From positions 15,098 through 79,097 of the forward strand of contig CAWEJB010000007.1 in NCBI GenBank assembly GCA_963809305.1: a stretch of 64,000 bases of DNA, read 5' to 3'. Of this stretch, positions 48,995-64,000 are shown in pieces (the stretch's first letter is position 1; the number at the start of each line of letters is the position of its first letter). Under the pieces are notes generated by a model that saw only the letters and a program-made list of their open reading frames with translations, did not search any database and was not told where the DNA came from. Origin of the DNA: an uncultured Pseudomonadota bacterium. Lineage in GTDB: Bacteria > Pseudomonadota > Gammaproteobacteria > Steroidobacterales > Steroidobacteraceae. The position numbers and the translations under genes are program-made.

Positions 48995-50038
48995 ATGGGC
49001 GTCTCACTCGGGGAGCTCGCGGTCCGGTTCGGCTGCGAGCTGCGCGGTGATCCCGATGTGCGAGTGGACCGCGTAGCCACGCTGGCGCAGGCGGACTCGC
49101 ACTGCCTGGCTTTTCTGGCTAATCCTCACTACCGCCACCAAGTCGCTACGACGGGCGCGGGCGCCGTGGTGCTGGACGCCGCCAGCGCGAAGGACTGCGC
49201 GACCGCGGCGCTCGTTTGCGAGAACCCGCACGCGACCTACGCCCGGATGGCTGCCGTCCTCCACCCGTTCCCGGCCGCACCGCCCGGCACGCACCCCTCG
49301 GCGGTGATCGCTCCGGGGGCACGCATTGATCCCACCGCGCACGTCGGTGCGCTCAGCGTGGTCGGGGAAGGTGCAGTCATCGGACCGCGCGCACTCATCG
49401 GCCCGCAGTGCCTGGTCGAAGAAGGGGCGACGTTGGCGGAGGACGTGCGCCTGACGGCACGCGTGACGGTATGTCACCGTGTGGAGATCGGGGCGCGCAC
49501 CGTGATCCAGCCGGGCGCCGTGATCGGCGCAGACGGCTTCGGTTTCGCGCAGGAGCGCGGTCGTTGGATCAAGGTTCCGCAGACAGGCACTGTCCGCGTC
49601 GGACCAGACGTCGAGATCGGCGCCAACACCACCATCGATCGCGGAGCCATTGACGACACAGTCATCGAGGAGGGAGTGAAGCTCGACAATCTGATCATGA
49701 TCGCGCACAACGTGCGGGTTGGCGCTCACAGTGCCCTGGCGGCCTGTGTCGGAATCTCCGGCAGCACCAGCGTCGGCCGCCGCTGCATGATCGGTGGCCA
49801 GGTAGGCATAGGCGGACACCTCACGATCAGCGACGATGTGGTCATCACCGGCTGCACCATGGTGAGCCATTCCATTCCTCGCCCCGGCGTATACTCCGGA
49901 GGCATTCCGCTCGAAGAGGCTCATGTCTGGCGCCGGTTGGTCGCGCGCTTCAAGCGCCTCGATTCCCTGGCTACACGGCTCAAAGCGCTGGAGCGCAACA
50001 CCGCCCCCGGCCCCGATCAGGAAGGCGATGATGACTGA
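48995..50038 (+). CDS. lpxD: UDP-3-O-(3-hydroxyacyl)glucosamine N-acyltransferase
   Basis: The N-terminal [17 protein letters not shown] and long hexapeptide-repeat beta-helix are typical of LpxD. Position before fabZ. Confidence 0.9.
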   Translation: MGVSLGELAVRFGCELRGDPDVRVDRVATLAQADSHCLAFLANPHYRHQVATTGAGAVVLDAASAKDCATAALVCENPHATYARMAAVLHPFPAAPPGTHPSAVIAPGARIDPTAHVGALSVVGEGAVIGPRALIGPQCLVEEGATLAEDVRLTARVTVCHRVEIGARTVIQPGAVIGADGFGFAQERGRWIKVPQTGTVRVGPDVEIGANTTIDRGAIDDTVIEEGVKLDNLIMIAHNVRVGAHSALAACVGISGSTSVGRRCMIGGQVGIGGHLTISDDVVITGCTMVSHSIPRPGVYSGGIPLEEAHVWRRLVARFKRLDSLATRLKALERNTAPGPDQEGDDD

Positions 50039-50486
50039 CTCGATGCAGGTCGATATCCAAGGCATTCTGCGGTACCTGCCGCACCGCTATCCGTTCCTGC
50101 TGGTCGACCGCGTGCTCGAATGGCACAGCGGCCAGAAGATCCGGGCGCTGAAGAATGTCACCTACAACGAGCCGTACTTCCCCGGGCATTTCCCCGGACG
50201 GCCGGTGATGCCTGGGGTCATCATCATCGAGGCACTGGCGCAGACGGCGGGCATCCTCACCTTTCTCAGCGCCAACGTGATCCCGGATGTGGAAACCCGC
50301 TTCTACTTCGTCGGCATCGACAAGGCGCGCTTCAGAAAGCCGGTGGAGCCCGGCGACCAGCTGGTGCTCACCGCCCAGGTGGAGCGGTATCTGAAGGGCA
50401 TCTGGCGCTTCTCCACCGCGGCGCTGATCGGCGACAACGAGGTGGCGCACGCGGAAATCATGGTGGCGCCGGAGACCGCGAAGTGA
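50028..50486 (+). CDS. fabZ: 3-hydroxyacyl-ACP dehydratase FabZ
   Basis: [39 protein letters not shown]. Confidence 0.95.
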   Translation: MMTDSMQVDIQGILRYLPHRYPFLLVDRVLEWHSGQKIRALKNVTYNEPYFPGHFPGRPVMPGVIIIEALAQTAGILTFLSANVIPDVETRFYFVGIDKARFRKPVEPGDQLVLTAQVERYLKGIWRFSTAALIGDNEVAHAEIMVAPETAK

Positions 50487-51253
50487 TCGATCCACACGCC
50501 ATCGTCTCGCCGCGAGCGGAGCTGGCGGCGGACGTCGACGTGGGACCCTTCAGCGTGATCGGGCCTGGGGTGCGCATTGGTCCGGGCACCGTGGTTGGAC
50601 CCCACGCCGTCATCACCGGCCATACGACCATCGGCGCCCACAATCACATCTATCAGTTCGCCTCACTCGGCGATGCGCCACAGGACAAGAAGTACGCGGG
50701 CGAGCCGACTCGGCTCGAGATCGGCGATCGCAACGTCTTCCGTGAGAGCTGCACGATGAATCGTGGCACGATCCACGACCACGGCGTCACGCGCATCGGC
50801 GACGACAATCTCTTCATGGCCTACTCGCACGTCGCGCACGACTGCGTAGTCGGAAGCAACACGGTGTTCGCCAACTGCGCCTCGCTCGCGGGCCACGTCG
50901 AGATCGGCGACTGGGTCATTCTCGGCGGTTTGTCCGCGGTCCATCAACATTGCAAGATCGGCGCCCATGCATTTCTGGCCGGCGGCGCGATCGTCACTCG
51001 CGATGTGCCTCCGTACGTCATGGTGGCCGGCAATCCGAGCTCGCCGCACATGGTCAACTCGGAGGGCCTGAAGCGCCGCGGATTCACCGAGGAGCAGGTC
51101 CGCTCCGTCCGCGAGGCCTACCGTCTCGTGTATCGGTCTGGGCTGAAGCTCAGCGAGGCACTCGAGCGGCTTGAGCCCTCCGCCCGGGAAGAGCCCGCGT
51201 TGCGGCTCTTCGTCGACTTCATCCGCAGCTCCACTCGCAGCATCATCAGGTGA
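50483..51253 (+). CDS. lpxA: acyl-ACP--UDP-N-acetylglucosamine O-acyltransferase
   Basis: GTG 50483 overlapping the fabZ stop. [32 protein letters not shown] hexapeptide repeats. C-terminal helical domain ..[12 protein letters not shown]. Confidence 0.9.
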   Translation: MIDPHAIVSPRAELAADVDVGPFSVIGPGVRIGPGTVVGPHAVITGHTTIGAHNHIYQFASLGDAPQDKKYAGEPTRLEIGDRNVFRESCTMNRGTIHDHGVTRIGDDNLFMAYSHVAHDCVVGSNTVFANCASLAGHVEIGDWVILGGLSAVHQHCKIGAHAFLAGGAIVTRDVPPYVMVAGNPSSPHMVNSEGLKRRGFTEEQVRSVREAYRLVYRSGLKLSEALERLEPSAREEPALRLFVDFIRSSTRSIIR

Positions 51254-51257
51254 AGCA

Positions 51258-51284
51258 GCCTCTGGCCGACCCAGAGGTTTTATT
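51258..51284 (+). terminator. terminator-like hairpin directly after lpxA
   Basis: CCTCTGG-ccgac-CCAGAGG (perfect 7 bp) followed by TTTTATT, starting 5 nt after the lpxA stop. Confidence 0.5.
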
Positions 51285-51418
51285 CTACGAAGCAAGCAGA
51301 CCTTGCAGGGTTTCGCGAACATTCCGGGGCTTTACTCGGGAGCTCATATTTATACAGATCATGTAAGGAGCGCGATTCCTCGACCGACGCCGCGCGCGGG
51401 CTTCCTCGCGGAGAGTCT

Positions 51419-52597
51419 GTGACCGGCGCGGCGCCGCTGCGCGTCGGCATGGTCGCGGGAGAATCATCCGGAGATCAACTTGGCGCGGCGCTCATCACCG
51501 CGCTGCGCGAGCGCGTGCCCGATCTCCAATGCTTCGGGGTCGCGGGACCGAAGATGATCGCCGCCGGCTGCGAGGCCTGGGCCGAAGCGGATGAGCTCGC
51601 GGTGATGGGGTTGACGGAAGTGCTGCCGCATCTGCCGCGCATTCTTTGGCTCAGAGCTGCGCTGATCCGTCGCTTTCTGGCGGCACCACCGGATGTGTTC
51701 GTCGGCATCGATGCGCCAACTTTCAATTTGGGTGTCGAGCGGCGTCTGAAGGACCAGGGCATCAAGACGGTGCAGTACGTCGCACCGCAGGTTTGGGCCT
51801 GGCGTCAGGGCAGGGCGCGCAAGATCGGCCGCGCGTGCGACCTGGTGCTCTGCCTGCTGCCCTTCGAGACCGCGTTCTACTCGCGTCACCGCGTGCAGGC
51901 GGTGTTCGTCGGCCATCCACTCGCCGATCAGATTCCGCTCCAAGTCGACCGGCAAGCTGCGCGTGCGGCGCTGGGTCTGAGTGCCGCTGCCACCATCGTG
52001 GCCCTTTTGCCGGGCAGCCGCATCGGCGAGATCGAGCGGCTGGGGACCGATTTTCTGCAGGCCGCGGCCTGGCTCGCCGAGCGCCGCCCAGATCTCGAAT
52101 TCATCGCCCCCATGGCGACGGGGCGCGCTCGTGAGGTCTTCGAGAGTAAACGGGCGGAAGTGCCTACCGCACCAAAGATTTCGGTGCTGGAGGGGCGTGC
52201 CCAGCAGGCGCTCGCCGCGTGTGATGCGGCCATCGTGGCCTCGGGAACCGCTACACTGGAGACGCTGCTGTCGCGCCGTCCGATGGTCGTGGCGTATCGT
52301 TTCGGCGCGTTTACCGCGTTTCTGCTGCGAACACTGCGACTGGTCAAGGTGCCGTACTTCTCGCAACCGAATCTGCTCCTCGGACGGGCACTCGTTCCCG
52401 AGTTCCTGCAGGAGCAGGTGAACGGTGCCGCGCTCGGCGAGGCGCTCCTCGGCCGGCTATCCGATCCCGCGTATCTGCAGCAGCTCGACGAAGCGTTCCT
52501 CGAGATTCACGAAACGCTCCGCGGTGGCGCCGCGGCGCGCGCGGCCGACGCCATCCTCGCGATGCTGCGCACGGGCCAAGGGCAGGGGAGTTTGTGA
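51419..52597 (+). CDS. lpxB: lipid-A-disaccharide synthase
   Basis: [27 protein letters not shown] parallels E. coli [33 protein letters not shown] RBS before GTG 51419. Confidence 0.9.
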   Translation: MTGAAPLRVGMVAGESSGDQLGAALITALRERVPDLQCFGVAGPKMIAAGCEAWAEADELAVMGLTEVLPHLPRILWLRAALIRRFLAAPPDVFVGIDAPTFNLGVERRLKDQGIKTVQYVAPQVWAWRQGRARKIGRACDLVLCLLPFETAFYSRHRVQAVFVGHPLADQIPLQVDRQAARAALGLSAAATIVALLPGSRIGEIERLGTDFLQAAAWLAERRPDLEFIAPMATGRAREVFESKRAEVPTAPKISVLEGRAQQALAACDAAIVASGTATLETLLSRRPMVVAYRFGAFTAFLLRTLRLVKVPYFSQPNLLLGRALVPEFLQEQVNGAALGEALLGRLSDPAYLQQLDEAFLEIHETLRGGAAARAADAILAMLRTGQGQGSL

Positions 52598-53241
52598 GCA
52601 GGGTTTCCTTCAAGAGAGTGGCCGGCGTCGACGAGGCCGGGCGCGGTCCGCTGGCCGGCCCGGTCGTGGCCGCGGCCGTCATCCTCCATCCGCGCCGCCG
52701 CATCGTGGGGCTCGCCGACTCCAAGGTCCTCACGCCGCAGCAGCGCGCGCGTCTCGCGCCAATCATCCGCGCTCGTGCCCTGGCTTGGGCGGTCGCGTGG
52801 GCGGATCGCGACGAGATCGATGCCCTGAACATTCTCGGCGCGACGTTCCTCGCGATGCGCCGCGCGCTACTGCGCCTGCCCGTGTGTCCCACGCATGTGC
52901 AGGTCGACGGCAACCAACTGCCGCCGCTCGCCGATCTGCCGCTCGATTGCACGGCGGAAGCGATCGTTGAGGGCGATGCCCGCATCGCCGCGATCAGCGC
53001 CGCCTCGATTCTTGCGAAGACGCATCGTGACGCCATGATGGAGGCGCTCGATCCGTGCTACCCCGGCTTTGAGCTTGCAGCGCACAAAGGCTATGGCACG
53101 CCCGCGCACCTCGAGGCGCTGCGGCTGCGCGAGCCCTCGGCGCAGCACCGCCGTTCCTTCAGTCCGGTGCGAGTAGCGTTGGGCGCGCTGCCCGAGCCGC
53201 AGTGCGAGCTGCCCCTGACTCGCACTGACACGGAGGCCTGA
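52594..53241 (+). CDS. rnhB: ribonuclease HII
   Basis: [36 protein letters not shown]. Confidence 0.9.
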   Translation: MSRVSFKRVAGVDEAGRGPLAGPVVAAAVILHPRRRIVGLADSKVLTPQQRARLAPIIRARALAWAVAWADRDEIDALNILGATFLAMRRALLRLPVCPTHVQVDGNQLPPLADLPLDCTAEAIVEGDARIAAISAASILAKTHRDAMMEALDPCYPGFELAAHKGYGTPAHLEALRLREPSAQHRRSFSPVRVALGALPEPQCELPLTRTDTEA

Positions 53242-53242
53242 C

Positions 53243-56770
<3,528 letters not shown>

Positions 56771-56862
56771 GCCATGAAAGTTTGCCGCAGCACCGAGGCT
56801 TGCGCCCGGAGCTCCCGCCCCTTAACCTCACGCGCAGCATGAGAAAGTCGCGGTAAGACTGC

Positions 56863-57811
56863 ATGGCCGTTACGTTCCTGGATTTCGAACAGCCCATCGC
56901 CGAGCTCGAAGCAAAGATCGAGGAGCTGCGGCATGTCACGTCCGATTCCGAGGTCAACATCCAGGAGGAGATCTCGCGCCTGCAGGCGAAGAGTCGGCAG
57001 CTGACGACCAGCATCTTCGCGAGCCTCACGCCCTGGCAGATCACCCAACTCGCTCGTCATCCGCGCCGTCCCTACACGCTGGATTATGTCGCCGCCATCT
57101 GCACGGAGTTCTGCGAGCTGCATGGCGACCGCATGTTCGCTGATGATCAGGCGATCGTGGGCGGCCTCGGCCGTATCGACGGCCGGCCTATCATGTTGAT
57201 CGGCCACCAGAAGGGTCGCGACACCAAGGAGCGGGTGCGGCGTAACTACGGTATGCCGAAGCCCGAAGGGTACCGCAAGGCGCTGCGTCTGATGCGCCTC
57301 GCTGAGCGCTTCGGGTTACCGCTGGTCACGCTCATCGACACGCAGGGAGCCTATCCCGGTGTCGGCGCCGAGGAGCGCGGCCAGAGTGAGGCGATCGCGC
57401 GCAACCTGTTCGAGATGTCGGTTCTCAGCGTACCGATCGTGACAGTCGTGACGGGCGAGGGCGGGTCCGGCGGCGCGCTTGCGATCGGAGTCTGCGATCG
57501 CCTCCTCATGCTGCAGTACAGCACGTACTCGGTGATCTCACCCGAGGGCTGCGCCTCGATCCTGTGGAAGAGCCAGGACAAGAAGGAGGCGGCTGCCGAG
57601 GCGCTCAACCTGACCGCCGACCGCCTGTCGAAACTGGAGCTGGTGGATGAGGTGATCGAGGAGCCGCTTGGCGGCGCGCACCGCGATCCGGTCGCCATGT
57701 CGGTGAGCCTCAAGGCCGCGCTGCTGAGGCACCTCGAATCGCTCGAGTCGGTTCCGCGCGATGAGCTGCGCGCCGCGCGCTCGCGCCGGATCTCCTCGGT
57801 CGGGGTTTTCA

Positions 57812-57828
<17 letters not shown>
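56863..57828 (+). CDS. accA: acetyl-CoA carboxylase carboxyltransferase subunit alpha
   Basis: [61 protein letters not shown]. Confidence 0.95.
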
Positions 57829-60947
<3,119 letters not shown>

Positions 60948-60954
60948 TGGCCCC

Positions 60955-63098
<2,144 letters not shown>

Positions 63099-63173
63099 GG
63101 AAATGGCACAGTTCATAACCCTACATGAACGGGGCTCGCGTCGCCGAATCTCGTTGAGATCTGCGCGCAGCGC

Positions 63174-63512
63174 ATGAAAATACTTGCCGTAGCTCTGGCT
63201 GTCGCGCTGATCCTGCTCCAGTACCGGATCTGGGTCGCGGACGACGGCCTGCGCGGCGTCGTGCGTCTGCAGCACGCTGTGATCGCGCAGCAAAAGCTGA
63301 ACGCCACCCTCACTGCGCGCAACAGCCGCCTGGCCGCCGAAGTACAGGACTTGAAGTCCGGCACGGCCGCCATCGAAGAGCGCGCGCGGAGCGAACTCGG
63401 CATGATCGGCCCGAACGAGACCTTCTATCAGGTCGTCGAGCCTGCCCCGGCCGCGACTCCATCCGCCGGACCCGCTTCCAAGGTCGTCAAGCCACGCCAG
63501 ATCGGCAACTGA
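63174..63512 (+). CDS. ftsB: cell division protein FtsB
   Basis: N-terminal TM helix, LLQYRIW...GL coiled coil, ..IEERARSELGMIGPNETFYQVV. Canonical position after eno. Confidence 0.85.
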   Translation: MKILAVALAVALILLQYRIWVADDGLRGVVRLQHAVIAQQKLNATLTARNSRLAAEVQDLKSGTAAIEERARSELGMIGPNETFYQVVEPAPAATPSAGPASKVVKPRQIGN

Positions 63513-64000
63513 CAGCCGGTGACTGAAGAGAGAAGGGATCTCGCTCGACCGTTCTTTCGTAACAGGTCGTCATACAGCGCCTTGCGCGTCTGCCCGCCGG
63601 GGCTTCGTGCCAGCTCTTCCATTGCACCGTCGGGGCGATGACGATTGCTGGCCTTCATCTGCCAGGAAATGGCGCCGAAGCCAAGTGCTATGGCGGTATT
63701 TTTCACTCGAATGCGATCGACCTCCTGGTAGGGACTTCGGCGAGCGTCGGGTTACTACCGACTGGTCGGGAAGTGCGCGATGACGGGTGTTACGACGTCG
63801 CACAACGACGCCCAGCTGTTTGTGGCTGTGTCGCGGGTGGTTGGGGTTTACTTCGGAAATCCATCCACTGACTATCGCACCTTTTTCTTAGGCCAGATGG
63901 TGTGACTGACGACCGAGTCGGCATGGGCGAGCTTGTGCTCTGGCGCGGCGCGATATAGACTCAACTTAACTTAGGGGCCTCCGGCAAGAGACGCCGGCAC

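Noticed and set aside
63428-63706. 92-aa minus-strand ORF overlapping the 3' end of ftsB
   Set aside because: It has a GTG start, an 85-nt overlap with the well-supported ftsB, and no recognisable motif. It is mentioned only as part of the unexplained end-of-window region.

Overview
High-GC (roughly two-thirds G+C by eye) proteobacterial chromosomal segment. I saw no rRNA, intact tRNA or CRISPR array. About 16.4-63.5 kb is a conserved housekeeping backbone. It runs dusA, a class III cyclase-FHA protein, pckG, a DinG/YoaA-type helicase, tsaB, phoB-phoR-phoU-dsbB, dapE (minus) and pstS-pstC-pstA-pstB plus a second pstB. Then come dapD-dapC-glnD-map (minus) and the classic array rpsB-tsf-pyrH-frr-uppS-cdsA-dxr-rseP-bamA-skp-lpxD-fabZ-lpxA-lpxB-rnhB-dnaE-accA-tilS-pyrG-kdsA-eno-ftsB, much of it joined by ATGA/GTGA stop-start overlaps. 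The left quarter (0-16.4 kb) is accessory. It holds two FtsX-type ABC permeases, a secreted S1 protease and a tightly packed operon: DUF2147, type III PKS, methyltransferase, flavoprotein, ACP, KAS. After that come an S9 peptidase, a Uma2 endonuclease, a cNMP-binding thioredoxin-reductase-like flavoprotein lacking the CxxC, and an NrtR-like Nudix regulator coupled to two small ORFs, one a truncated nucleotidyltransferase. The quarter ends in a low-GC islet carrying an ankyrin-like secreted protein and a truncated IS5-type transposase; the islet runs directly into an AT-rich replacement of the first codons of dusA. The most interesting candidates are the PKS/ACP/KAS lipid cluster and the decayed dusA-associated islet with its neighbours. 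All calls rest on reading the translations and motifs by eye; no database search was possible. Many long ORFs in the track are antisense artefacts of high GC.
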